A stretch of 62,506 nt of DNA, the filler included, from an uncultured bacterium (GTDB lineage: Bacteria > CAYJOG01), in assembly GCA_964371695.1 (NCBI GenBank). It is 9 parts of 9 records of this genome, joined end to end, with 100 filler letters (N's around TTAATTAATTAA, not from the genome) between each part and the next. Parts side by side here need not be neighbours in the genome. Positions count along the whole stretch, not along the records: positions 1 to 6,905 come from CAYJOG010000152.1; positions 7,006 to 13,910 come from CAYJOG010000153.1; 7 more parts are not named here. One strand, 5' to 3'. Positions 1 to 9,199 of this stretch are shown one piece after another. Position numbers and translations under genes: made by a program. The notes below the pieces were generated by a model, which saw only the letters and a program-made list of their open reading frames with translations, did no database searches and was not told the origin of the DNA. Each line of letters starts with the position of its first letter. Positions within the stretch are counted from its first letter, which is position 1.

Positions 1-2327
1 GGCTTGCGCAGGGGGCGATGCACCTGCCGCCGCAGGGCGTGAAAAACCTGCGCCGGTGTGGTGGGGTTGAGCACCTGCATGTTGTCGCTGGCGCAGAGTT
101 CCAGGTATCGCCCCAGACGGGCGCTGGAATGTTCCGGTCCCTGGCCCTCCATGCCGTGGGGCAGCAACATCACCAAGCCGCTCAGGCGTTGCCATTTCAC
201 TTCGCCGGAAACCAGGAACTGGTCGATGATGGCCTGGGCGGTGTTGGCGAAGTCGCCAAACTGGGCCTCCCAGATCACCAGCGCATCGGGATAATCCAGG
301 CTGTAACCATATTCAAACCCCAGCACACCCATTTCGCACAGGGGGCTGTCGTGTACCTCAAAGGGGCCCTGCTGGGCATGCAGGTGTTGCAGGGGCTGAT
401 GCCGTTTGCCGGTTTCAAAATCGTGCAGCACGGCGTGACGGTGGCTGAAGGTGCCCCGGCCGCTGTCCTGACCCGTGAGGCGCACGTGTACGCCCTCGTT
501 GAGCAGCGAGGCAAAGGCCAGGGCCTCGCCCGCACCCCAGTCCAGGGTTTTCTGGCCCTGCGTCATTTCGTGGCGGGCTTCGAGCAGTTTGGCGATTTTG
601 GGGTGGGGCGTGAAACCCTCTGGCGTGGTGCAAAGCCGGTCACCCAGTTGCTTGAGGGTGTCCGCCGCCACGGTGGTGTCCACTTCGGCGGTTTCGGCGT
701 CGTGGCCGCCCCGGTATCGCGCCCACACGCCTCCCAGCGTGCTGATGCGCGAAACGGCTTTTTCGGCTTTCACCCGCGCCAGTTCGCGGTCCAGCACCGC
801 CCGGTAATCCGCCGCGATGCTCTCGGCCTCCTGCTGGGTAATCTCCGCCAGTTGCTCCAGACGCTGGATGTAAATCTGGCGGATGGAGGGTTTCCGGGCG
901 ATGGTCTGATACATGCCTGGCTGGGTGAAGGCCGGTTCGTCACCCTCGTTGTGGCCATATTTGCGGTAACACCACAGGTCAATCACCACGTCGCGGTGAA
1001 ACCGCTCGCGGAACTCCACCGCCAGATCCCCCACCTGCGCCAGGGCCTCCGGGTCTTCGCCGTTCACGTGAAAGATGGGGATTTGCAGCATTTTGGCGAT
1101 GTCGGTGCAATAGGTGGTGCTGCGGGATTCGCTGGGCAACGTGGTGAACCCCACCTGATTGTTCACCACCACATGCACCGTGCCCCCCACGGCATAACCC
1201 CGCAGTTCGCTCATGTTCAGCATTTCCATCACCACGCCCTCGCCCGCAAAGGCCGCGTCGCCATGCACCAGCAGGGGCAGCACGGCCTGGTTGCTGATGT
1301 CACCCAGGCGGTGCTGTTTGGCCCGCACGCGTCCCTGCACCACGGTGTTGACAATCTCAAGGTGGCTGGGGTTGAAGGTGAGCGAGAGATGCACGTTTTT
1401 GCCGGCGGGGGTGGTGATGTCCGAGGAATAACCCAGGTGATATTTCACGTCGCCCGTGAACTCTTCTTCTTCGTCTTCTTCTTTGTTGCCCTCAAACTCG
1501 GCGAACACGTCGGCCACCGGCTTGCCGATGATGTTCACCAGCACGTTGAGCCGCCCCCGGTGGGCCATGCCGATCACCACCTCGCCCGCGCCTTTTTCGG
1601 CAGAGCGGTTGAGGATGACGTCGATGAGGGGAATCAGGCTTTCCGCGCCCTCCAGGCTAAAGCGCTTGGCCCCGATGAACTTGGTGTGCAGGAACTGCTC
1701 GAACAGTTCGGCGTGGGTGAGTTTTTCCAGCACGCGGCGGTGTTCGGCGCGGGTGAGGTTGGGGCGGTTGAAACTGGTCTCGATGCGGTTCAGCAGCCAG
1801 GTGCGGATTTCCTGGTCGTGGATGTGGTTGATGTCCACGCCGATGCTGCGGCAATAGGTGTTGTTGAGGCGGTCAAACAGTTCCCGCAGGGTATGCACAT
1901 CCGGCCCCCCCACGTCAAAGCTGGAAAACTGGCGGTCCAGGTCCGCCTCGCCCAGGCCAAACTCTGCCAGCACCAGGGTGCTGAGGGGGCCGCGCCCCGG
2001 CTGGGCCTGCAAGGGGTCCAGGTCGGCATAAAGGTGGCCCTTGTTGCGAAAGGCGTGGATGAGCCGCCGCACGTTGTCTTGCCGCACCTTGGCCTCGGCC
2101 CCATTGCCGCCGTTGGCCGCAGGGCCGGTGCTCTGATAGATGCTGCGCTCAAAGGTGACAGGGGGCAAGGCGGCGGCTCCCGCGCCGGCGCCGTTGCGCT
2201 CAAAGCCGTCGAACACCTTTTTCCAGGCCGGGTCCACCGAGCCGGGGTTTTGCAGATACTCGAAATACAGGCCCTCTACAAAGGCCAGGTTGTGAGATGA
2301 AAAGGGCATCGCAGCGCCGTCACTCAT
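1..2327 (-). CDS. sucA: 2-oxoglutarate dehydrogenase E1 component (3' end truncated at window edge)
   Basis: Manual minus-strand translation from ATG at 2327 gives MSDGAAMPFSSHNLAFVEGLYFEYLQNPGSVDPAWKKVF, the typical SucA N-terminus. Internal GMAHRGRLNVL and HGDAAFAGEG (ThDP-binding) motifs are present. The + strand ORF 18..2300 is its antisense shadow. Confidence 0.95.
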   Translation of the reverse strand, partial: MSDGAAMPFSSHNLAFVEGLYFEYLQNPGSVDPAWKKVFDGFERNGAGAGAAALPPVTFERSIYQSTGPAANGGNGAEAKVRQDNVRRLIHAFRNKGHLYADLDPLQAQPGRGPLSTLVLAEFGLGEADLDRQFSSFDVGGPDVHTLRELFDRLNNTYCRSIGVDINHIHDQEIRTWLLNRIETSFNRPNLTRAEHRRVLEKLTHAELFEQFLHTKFIGAKRFSLEGAESLIPLIDVILNRSAEKGAGEVVIGMAHRGRLNVLVNIIGKPVADVFAEFEGNKEEDEEEEFTGDVKYHLGYSSDITTPAGKNVHLSLTFNPSHLEIVNTVVQGRVRAKQHRLGDISNQAVLPLLVHGDAAFAGEGVVMEMLNMSELRGYAVGGTVHVVVNNQVGFTTLPSESRSTTYCTDIAKMLQIPIFHVNGEDPEALAQVGDLAVEFRERFHRDVVIDLWCYRKYGHNEGDEPAFTQPGMYQTIARKPSIRQIYIQRLEQLAEITQQEAESIAADYRAVLDRELARVKAEKAVSRISTLGGVWARYRGGHDAETAEVDTTVAADTLKQLGDRLCTTPEGFTPHPKIAKLLEARHEMTQGQKTLDWGAGEALAFASLLNEGVHVRLTGQDSGRGTFSHRHAVLHDFETGKRHQPLQHLHAQQGPFEVHDSPLCEMGVLGFEYGYSLDYPDALVIWEAQFGDFANTAQAIIDQFLVSGEVKWQRLSGLVMLLPHGMEGQGPEHSSARLGRYLELCASDNMQVLNPTTPAQVFHALRRQVHRPLRK

Positions 2328-2425
2328 GGGGCGTAACCACTTCCTCCTGAATTTTTCGCGTCCGGGGACACGCCGGGGGGCATTTTAACAGGGTGCCGGG
2401 CAACGGGTTCTTTTTTGGCAGTGAA

Positions 2426-2893
2426 TCAGGGTGGGTCAGGCAGCCAGTGTTTGTAGTCCTTTGTCATGCGGGTCTGGAGTTTTGAAATGATCTCAATCAG
2501 TTCGTCCGCCAGCGGAGCCGGTTCGCCTTCGCCATAGGCGAAAACAGGAGGATCACCATGGGCGATGTCGCTACGGTCCTTCCAGATTTGCATGACCCGC
2601 TCAATGTCTTTTTTGGCAAGTGCCGTATCCTGCGCCATTTCTTCGAGCCGTTGGCGAAAGGAGCCTTCGTCTTTGGCTTTCTCAACAAGTCCCTTTTCAA
2701 AAGCCGCCACGATCAGGACAAAAAAGGCATATTGAGCCATTTCATAGGCGTGGTGGTAATGCACGTATTCCTCTTCGGGCGGTGGATTGACAGGATCATG
2801 CAGGCGGTGTTCGAATAATTTTTCGACAAGCCGAAAGGCACCAGCAAGCGCCCTGATGTTTTCACAGGTTTCGCCCAAAAGGGGTTCAGGCAT
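2426..2893 (-). CDS. putative HEPN-domain protein
   Basis: 155 aa, helical character, with 'IVAAFE' N-terminal glutamate helix and an Rx4H motif 'RSDIAHG'. Overlaps the upstream ORF by 8 nt. Confidence 0.6.
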   Translation of the reverse strand: MPEPLLGETCENIRALAGAFRLVEKLFEHRLHDPVNPPPEEEYVHYHHAYEMAQYAFFVLIVAAFEKGLVEKAKDEGSFRQRLEEMAQDTALAKKDIERVMQIWKDRSDIAHGDPPVFAYGEGEPAPLADELIEIISKLQTRMTKDYKHWLPDPP

Positions 2894-3353
2894 GAACCAA
2901 CGAGGCTTCCAGTGCTTTTTCCGCCTCGCCCATCAGTGCAAAAAATCTTTCCTTGGTAAGGATGTCCCGTCTGCGTCGATCCGCAGCGAGGAACAGTGTC
3001 CACTCATAATTCTGGGTTTCGTCGTTAAACAGAAGCACCAAGTGATACATTGCGCCTCTGCTGACAACAACACTGATCACCCCGGCGGTTCCCGACACCC
3101 AAAGATTTGTCGGAACGAAGGTGATTCTGTGTTTGTCCCACAGGATGCTCATCGCCGGGACTTTGAACGGCCCCACGCCAAACTGTGTCATGAGGGGCTC
3201 CGGCCTTTTGGTGATTTCGGAGGTGTCCAGTGACACGGCGTCTCCCCGGAACTCTTTCGCCCAGTCCGTCAGCGTGGCGAAAGTCGCCTGCAGGCGGGAT
3301 TTCCAAGACTCCAGTTCGTTGATGACAAATTCCTTGTCCAGGCTGTCGCTCAT
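2886..3353 (-). CDS. conserved hypothetical protein, translationally coupled to the HEPN-like gene
   Basis: 155 aa ORF (MSDSLDKEFVINELESWKSRL...FVPTNLWVSGTAG); stop overlaps the start of the next gene. Confidence 0.65.
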   Translation of the reverse strand: MSDSLDKEFVINELESWKSRLQATFATLTDWAKEFRGDAVSLDTSEITKRPEPLMTQFGVGPFKVPAMSILWDKHRITFVPTNLWVSGTAGVISVVVSRGAMYHLVLLFNDETQNYEWTLFLAADRRRRDILTKERFFALMGEAEKALEASLVHA

Positions 3354-3403
3354 GAATATATGTTAGCCCGACTGCCTCTGCCGGGCAACAAACACCCGGC
3401 TTG

Positions 3404-4429
3404 TCACTCCACCCACAGGCGCACACCCGTGCCGGTGTGTTCAATCTGTTCCAGCAGTTCGTTGCGGATCTGTTCCTGCAGCAGGTCTTTGCCGATGTCC
3501 TCCAGCAGGTGCGGGGGCAGGGCGTCCAGTCCCGCTTTCAGTTCGGCGGTCAGTTCCGGGTGGGCCATGAGGAACGCTTTGTCGTCCATAATTTTTCCGT
3601 CAGAGCGCAGGGTGTCCAGCTTGTTGTCCAAACCCGGACCAGGCTTCTGCAATCCACCGTCTTTCAATTCCGGCTTGTCTGATTCCAGTTCCCGCCGCAG
3701 TTCTTCCTTGTCCGCGTCTTCGCGGCCCTGCCAGGGGGCGGTTTCTTCCGTGGGGAAATCCTCGCCGGTGCGGGCGGTGTCCCATTCCTCTTTCAGACGC
3801 AGGGTGCGGCTTTCTTCCATTTTCAGTTCCTGCAACTGCACGGGGGGCAGGGGCTGGGGCGTGAGGGTCATGGCCCCCATGCGGGCCGCCAGCATGAAAC
3901 CCGGCCCCACCAGTTGTTCCACCTGGGCCGTGCGCACAAACACCTGACCCGCCAGCACCTGCACCTGGGTCTGCTGGGGCTGCCGGTCCACGGAAAAAAA
4001 CGTGCCCCGCACACCCGCCACCAGCTCTGGTGTCTCCACCTGAAAAGCCTGGCTGGCCTGGAGTTTTTGCGCCGTGATATGGACTTTGCCTGCGCTGAGT
4101 TTCAGGCGCACTGGCCCTGGCTCGGTGCTGGTGAGGCGCAGCACCGAGAGCGGCCCCAGCCGCAGCACGTGGCCGCTGGGCCAGGCCAGAACCACCTCGG
4201 AGCCGCCCGACGTGCGGATTTCCACCCCCTCGCCATAGGCCTGCCCCCGGCTGACCAGACGAAAGGATTCGTCCACCCGCGCCGTCACGCGCCCCAGCAC
4301 CTTCTGCACCCGCACCGCCGCGCCACGGGCCTGAGAGGGGGGGCACGCCCCCAGCAGCGTCAGGCCAAAAACCACGGGAAACCAAAGTTTTATGCCACTT
4401 TTCCTGTTTTCGGGGGAGCGTTTCAGCAT
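3404..4429 (-). CDS. FecR-domain exported protein / lipoprotein with acidic C-terminal tail
   Basis: Hydrophobic signal ending LLGAC. FecR-like motifs 'IRTSGGSEVVL', 'LRLGPLS' and 'FQVETPELVAGVRGTFFSV'. Confidence 0.75.
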   Translation of the reverse strand: MLKRSPENRKSGIKLWFPVVFGLTLLGACPPSQARGAAVRVQKVLGRVTARVDESFRLVSRGQAYGEGVEIRTSGGSEVVLAWPSGHVLRLGPLSVLRLTSTEPGPVRLKLSAGKVHITAQKLQASQAFQVETPELVAGVRGTFFSVDRQPQQTQVQVLAGQVFVRTAQVEQLVGPGFMLAARMGAMTLTPQPLPPVQLQELKMEESRTLRLKEEWDTARTGEDFPTEETAPWQGREDADKEELRRELESDKPELKDGGLQKPGPGLDNKLDTLRSDGKIMDDKAFLMAHPELTAELKAGLDALPPHLLEDIGKDLLQEQIRNELLEQIEHTGTGVRLWVE

Positions 4430-4622
4430 GGGGATGAACCAATGGAGATGGTAACACGCCCCTTGTCGCCGCCCAGTTAAGAAAACGATTTACTTGACAT
4501 CCGGCTTAAACAGGTAGACCTTGGGCATTCAACCCGCCGGAAACAGCTTTTTGGCGAGGCACTTTTTGGAAACCATCCCTGACTGGCATCACGGGCTGGA
4601 CCAGCTCAGGAGAGAAGTTTAT

Positions 4623-6227
4623 ATGTCATTCGATACCCTCGGTCTTAAGGCCGAACTGCTTCGTGCTGTGGCCGATGAAGGCTACACCGAACCCACCCCC
4701 GTCCAGCTTCAGGCCATTCCCATTGTCCTGAACGGTCAGGACATCATGGCCGGCGCACAGACCGGCACCGGCAAAACCGCCGGTTTCACGCTGCCCATGT
4801 TGCAGCGCCTGTCTGATCAACCGGTGGCGGGCAAGTTCCGCCCCGTGCGGGCGCTCATCCTCACCCCCACCCGCGAACTGGCGGCCCAGGTGGCCGAAAG
4901 TGTGCGGGTTTATGGCAAGCACCTGCCCCTGCGCTCGGCGGTGGTGTTTGGCGGCGTCAACATCGGCCCGCAGATCGAAAAACTGCGGCGCGGCGTGGAC
5001 ATTCTCATCGCCACGCCGGGGCGGTTGCTGGACCACGTGGGTCAGCGCACGGTGGATCTTTCCCGCGTGCAGATTCTGGTGCTGGACGAAGGCGACCGCA
5101 TGTTGGACATGGGGTTCATCCACGACATCCGGCGCATCCACAAACTGTTGCCGACCGAGAAACAGACCCTGCTGTTCTCCGCCACTTTTCCCGATGAAAT
5201 CAAGGCGCTGGCGGCGGACATGCTGCACAAACCCGCCCTGATTGAAGTGGCGCGCCGCACGCTCACCGCCGAAGGCATCGAGCACGTCGTCCACTATGTG
5301 GATCGCCACCGCAAGCGGGACCTGCTGTCGCACCTGATCGAATCGGGCGACTGGCGTCAGGTGCTGGTTTTCACCCGCACCAAACACGGGGCCAATCACC
5401 TCACCACCCACCTGGAGCGCGAGGGCATCAGCGCCACCGCCCTGCACGGCAACAAAAGTCAGGCGGCCCGCACCAAGGCGCTGTCTGATTTCAAAAATGG
5501 CCGTGTGCGGGTGCTGGTGGCCACCGACATCGCCGCGCGGGGGCTGGACATTGACCAGTTGCCCCACGTGGTCAACTTTGAGATTCCCAACGTGCCCGAA
5601 GAATATGTGCACCGCATTGGCCGCACCGGCAGGGCGGGTTATGAAGGCAAGGCCGTGTCGCTGGTGTGTGTGGATGAACTGAAACTGCTGCGGGACATCG
5701 AGCGGCTCTTGAAAAAGGAATTGCCCAAAGAGGTCATTCCCGGTTTCGAGGCGGACCTCACCGTGGCGCCAGAGCCGATTTTGCAGCGGCGGGGCCAGGG
5801 CGCGCCCAGGCGTGATTCCGGCGGGGCTTCGTCTTCGCGGGGAGACTCCTTCCGCCGCAAAGAAGACGGCTTCAAACCCCGGTCGTCGGGTTCGGGCCAT
5901 GGCGGACCCAAAAAACGCTATGGTTCCAGCGAAGGCTCAGGCGGGGGATATGGCAGCAAGAGCACCTATGCGGGTGAGCACCGTGGCCCCAGCACGCAAG
6001 AGGGCGAAAGCCGAGGCCAACGCACCCATGGGGGAGCGCGCCCGGCCGCCGGGCCGGGTGGTTCGGGTCATGGGCCGGGTTCCTCTGAGCATCGCCATGG
6101 GGCAGGGCCACGCCCCAGCCGACATAAATCTGCTGGCAGCGGCGGGCACCAGTCGGCTTCTCCTTCGCGCCACGCGGGGGGACAGGGGCGACGCCCGGCA
6201 TCGGCCAAACCACGGTCTGGGCGGTAA
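4623..6227 (+). CDS. rhlE: DEAD-box ATP-dependent RNA helicase RhlE-like
   Basis: Q-motif [27 protein letters not shown] (DEAD variant), SAT and [10 protein letters not shown]. Long G/S/R/H-rich tail. ATG at 4623 follows AGGAG. Confidence 0.92.
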   Translation: MSFDTLGLKAELLRAVADEGYTEPTPVQLQAIPIVLNGQDIMAGAQTGTGKTAGFTLPMLQRLSDQPVAGKFRPVRALILTPTRELAAQVAESVRVYGKHLPLRSAVVFGGVNIGPQIEKLRRGVDILIATPGRLLDHVGQRTVDLSRVQILVLDEGDRMLDMGFIHDIRRIHKLLPTEKQTLLFSATFPDEIKALAADMLHKPALIEVARRTLTAEGIEHVVHYVDRHRKRDLLSHLIESGDWRQVLVFTRTKHGANHLTTHLEREGISATALHGNKSQAARTKALSDFKNGRVRVLVATDIAARGLDIDQLPHVVNFEIPNVPEEYVHRIGRTGRAGYEGKAVSLVCVDELKLLRDIERLLKKELPKEVIPGFEADLTVAPEPILQRRGQGAPRRDSGGASSSRGDSFRRKEDGFKPRSSGSGHGGPKKRYGSSEGSGGGYGSKSTYAGEHRGPSTQEGESRGQRTHGGARPAAGPGGSGHGPGSSEHRHGAGPRPSRHKSAGSGGHQSASPSRHAGGQGRRPASAKPRSGR

Positions 6228-6255
6228 GACACCGCGCCTTTCAGAAACGCTGTTG

Positions 6256-6291
6256 AGCCAGCGCGGTGTTCGCACCGCGCTGGGCTTCTTT
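6256..6291. terminator. hairpin terminator between convergent genes
   Basis: ccagcgcggtg-ttcg-caccgcgctgg stem-loop followed by gcttcttt, just after the rhlE stop. Confidence 0.6.
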
Positions 6292-6308
6292 CCGAAAAGT
6301 GGTCCCCA

Positions 6309-6494
6309 TCAGTCCTCGCTTGGTGTTTTTGGGGCATCCGATGGTTTGATTTTCAAACCGGCGGCGGCGATTTCCAGCGACCTGTCCCGGAGCTTTTCCA
6401 GAATCTGCATTTTCTCAGCCACGGGCAGGTTGCGCATTTCCTCTTTCAGGGCTTTTTTGCTTTCAAGGATTTTGCTCAGGTCGTATGGGGGCAC
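6309..6494 (-). CDS. small helical protein, partner of upstream nucleotidyltransferase-like gene
   Basis: YDLSKILESKKALKEEMRNLPVAEKMQILEKLRDR. Probable GTG start at 6494, overlapping the upstream ORF. Confidence 0.55.
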   Translation of the reverse strand: MPPYDLSKILESKKALKEEMRNLPVAEKMQILEKLRDRSLEIAAAGLKIKPSDAPKTPSED

Positions 6495-6905
6495 CTGAAA
6501 ATTGTCCTTCAAACTGCCGCCATTTTTCAACAAGGTGGTGATTTTTCAAGATGGCCATGAATTTTCCATGGTCCAGAACACCGGATTCAACAAACTGTAA
6601 AAGCCGAGATTTATCCTTGCTCCGGCCTGTTTCAAGGGCGATGGCGGCCAGATGTTCGGCAGTGAAAATCCGAACGGGCACTTCTTCAAGCGCAACCATA
6701 ACTGCTTCACGGATCGCTTCTTCCACCAGTGGGCTTGGGGCAGGCAAAAATTGCACTGGCCAACCCGCCACTTCCACGTATTCCCCTTTGGCCACACAAC
6801 CTCTTACGCGCAGATAGTCATAAATCGGTGTCAGGCTGATCAGCATCCGCCCAGGTTCCGGGTGCAGAAAAACAAAAATATCTACATCCACGGTGGCCAC
6901 CGGGT
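6463..6905 (-). CDS. nucleotidyltransferase-like protein (5' truncated at contig end)
   Basis: 'TVDVDIFV' DxD motif, 'PVQFL', and 'EHLAAIALETGRSKDKSRL' (GRxKD) as in MNT/AbiEii-like nucleotidyltransferases. Lower GC than neighbours. Confidence 0.65.
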
Positions 6906-7005
6906 NNNNNNNNNNNNNNNNNNNNNNNNNNNNNNNNNNNNNNNNNNNNTTAATTAATTAANNNNNNNNNNNNNNNNNNNNNNNNNNNNNNNNNNNNNNN
7001 NNNNN
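6906..7005. other. artificial contig linker (N-run + TTAATTAATTAA); same linker at 13911-14010, 20906-21005, 27880-27979, 34830-34929, 41773-41872, 48693-48792, 55600-55699
   Basis: Identical 100-bp N/all-frame-stop spacer. Contig lengths fall from 6905 to 6807 bp. Confidence 0.98.
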
Positions 7006-7137
7006 GCCCCTTCGGCGTGGCGAAAACCTGCGCTTTTTCAAAGCTCCGGTTTTCGGATGCAGCCATCCCTGGCTGCAAGAGCCTGCCTGAACTGCCCCAT
7101 GTCAAACATGGCCCAATTTTTATAGGCAGGCTCTACA

Positions 7138-7166
7138 TTGACACCCAGCCCCCCCCTGTTTAACAT
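7138..7166 (+). promoter_or_regulatory. sigma70-type promoter of rimP-nusA
   Basis: TTGACA (7138-7143), 17-bp spacer, TAACAT (7161-7166). Confidence 0.7.
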
Positions 7167-7173
7167 GGTCTTT

Positions 7174-7201
7174 GGAGTGGGCCTGCGGGTCCACTTTTTT
7201 A
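7174..7201 (+). promoter_or_regulatory. rimP-leader attenuator hairpin
   Basis: GGAGTGGGCC-TGCG-GGTCCACTTTTTT matches the conserved GAGTGGG...CCACT-polyT leader upstream of rimP-nusA. Confidence 0.75.
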
Positions 7202-7226
7202 TTGACCAAAAAAGGGGGGGCGATCC

Positions 7227-7697
7227 ATGTCGGCTCGCTTTACAGAGCTGGAGTCGGTGATTCGGCTGATTCTCAGGGACGAGCCGGTGGTTTTTTATGA
7301 CCTCACCTCTGGCAGCAGTTCCGGCGCCGGGTTCACCCTGCTGCTCGACAGCGACACCGGCGTGAGCATGGCCGACCTCACCCGCTACGCCAAGCTCATT
7401 CACTACAACCCCGAAATCAACGCCCTCTATCCCCAGGGGGTGCGCCTGGAGGTCAGCTCGCCAGGCATCCACCGGCCCCTGCGCCAACCCTGGCATTATC
7501 AAAAAGTGGTGGGCCGCCCGGTGAAGGTGGCGCTGAAAGACGCCCTGGAGGGCCGCAAAAATTTTGAAGGCACCCTCACCAGCGCCCAGGAGACGGACTT
7601 CACCGTTGCCACGCCCCAGGGAGACCTCACCTTTTCTTATTCCCAAGTGAAACAAGCCAAAACCAACGACGAATTTTTTACAGGAGCAGCCTCATGA
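7227..7697 (+). CDS. rimP: ribosome maturation factor RimP
   Basis: 'RLEVSSPGIHRPL' signature; directly upstream of nusA. Confidence 0.9.
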   Translation: MSARFTELESVIRLILRDEPVVFYDLTSGSSSGAGFTLLLDSDTGVSMADLTRYAKLIHYNPEINALYPQGVRLEVSSPGIHRPLRQPWHYQKVVGRPVKVALKDALEGRKNFEGTLTSAQETDFTVATPQGDLTFSYSQVKQAKTNDEFFTGAAS

Positions 7698-9190
7698 CCA
7701 CCACCAAGCCCAAACGCATCAGCAAAAAGAAACTGCAGGAAGAAGCCGACGCCCGCGCCTCTCGTGGCCGGGAGATCATGATGGCCCTCACCCAGCTTGA
7801 AAAAGAAAAGGGTGTGAGCCTGGACGTGCTCATCAGCGCCATTGAAGAAGCCGTGGCCCAGGCCTATCGCAAGGACGTGGACAGAAAAGCCGACGTGCGG
7901 GCGGTGTTTGATCGCACCACCGGCCAGTTGCGCATGTTCCGCCGCTATGTGGCCGCCGAAAAGGTGGATGAACCCAGCTATGAAATCCTGCTGGACGTGG
8001 CCCGTGTGCAGCGTCCTGAGGTGGAGATTGGCGACGTGGTGGAGCGCGAAGAGGAAATGCGCGATTTTCGCCGCATCAGCACCCAGGCCGCCAGCCAGGC
8101 CATTTTGCAGAAGGTGCGCGAGGCCGAGCGGGACGTGGCCCTGGAAGTGCTGGAAGACAAGCAGGATGAACTGGTGCTGGGCCGCGTGAGCCGCGTGACC
8201 CGCGAAGACGGTCTGCGGGTGGACCTGGGCAACATCGAAGCCCTTTTGCCCAAAGACGAAATGGTGCCCTTCGAGCGATTCACCATCAACGAAGAAATTC
8301 GCGCCCTGGTGCTGGAAGTCAACCGCCGCCGCCGGGATGGCTATGTGGTGCTCTCGCGCCGCCACCCCAACTTTGTGGTCAAGCTGTTCGAGGCCGAGAT
8401 TCCCGAAATCCGCGACGGCATCATTGAAATCGTGCAGGTGGTGCGTGCGCCGGGTTATCGCACCAAAATCGTGGTGCGCAGCAACGACCGCAACGTGGAG
8501 CCGGTGGGGGCCTGTGTGGGGCCAAAAGGCAACCGCATCCGTCTGGTGGTAGAAAAACTGCGGGGCGAAAAAATTGACGTGATCAAATGCAGCGAAGAAC
8601 CCATGGAGTTCATCGCCTATGCCCTCTCACCCGCGCCGGTGATCAGCGTGGAGCTGTTTGAAGAACAGGAAAAAGCCGTGGTGGTGGTGCCCGACGACAG
8701 TTATCAGCTGGCCCTGGGCAAGAACAACGTCAACGTGCGGCTCGCAGAAGACCTCACGGGCTGGAACATCGAAGTGCAGAAAGCCAGCGGCCGCCAGCGC
8801 AAAAACCTGGAAGCCGTGCGGCTGGTGTCTGAAGCGCCTTCGGCAGAAGTCGGCGGTTTGCCTGTGGCGGAACTGGGCCTGCCCGAAGATCTCGCGGCCA
8901 TTCTGGTGGATGGCGGCGCAGACACGCTGCGGGAACTGCTGAACTTCTCCTGGGATGAACTCTCTGACAATCCGCGCCTGACCCTGCCGCGCCGTTATCT
9001 GCTGGCTGAAATGCTCAAGGCCAACGGCCTCTCACCGGTGAGCACCGAAGACCTGAGCGGCGCCGAGGCCGAAATGGCTGCCATGGACGAAGCGGCGGAA
9101 TATCAGGCGGCGCTGAAAAACTATCAGGAAAAAGCCACCCAGTTGGCCATCGGCGCAGCGGCGCTGGCCCCCGAAGGGGCAGGGGAATAA
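7694..9190 (+). CDS. nusA: transcription termination/antitermination factor NusA with C-terminal HhH-like extension
   Basis: 'QKVREAER', S1 domain 'VLSRRHP', KH 'RAPGYRTKI..PVGACVGPKGNRI..LRGEKIDVI' and 'ALGKNNVNVRLA'. Confidence 0.95.
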   Translation: MTTTKPKRISKKKLQEEADARASRGREIMMALTQLEKEKGVSLDVLISAIEEAVAQAYRKDVDRKADVRAVFDRTTGQLRMFRRYVAAEKVDEPSYEILLDVARVQRPEVEIGDVVEREEEMRDFRRISTQAASQAILQKVREAERDVALEVLEDKQDELVLGRVSRVTREDGLRVDLGNIEALLPKDEMVPFERFTINEEIRALVLEVNRRRRDGYVVLSRRHPNFVVKLFEAEIPEIRDGIIEIVQVVRAPGYRTKIVVRSNDRNVEPVGACVGPKGNRIRLVVEKLRGEKIDVIKCSEEPMEFIAYALSPAPVISVELFEEQEKAVVVVPDDSYQLALGKNNVNVRLAEDLTGWNIEVQKASGRQRKNLEAVRLVSEAPSAEVGGLPVAELGLPEDLAAILVDGGADTLRELLNFSWDELSDNPRLTLPRRYLLAEMLKANGLSPVSTEDLSGAEAEMAAMDEAAEYQAALKNYQEKATQLAIGAAALAPEGAGE

Positions 9191-9199
9191 TCCGCCGCC

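Noticed and set aside
18-2300. 760-aa plus-strand ORF
   Set aside because: Antisense shadow of sucA. Long opposite-strand ORFs are common in GC-rich genes; the same applies to 4626-5900, 33218-34885, 50004-51386, 51383-52879 and others.
6906-7005. Recurring TTAATTAATTAA motif at ~6.9-kb spacing
   Set aside because: Artificial contig-joining linker within N-runs, not a biological repeat.
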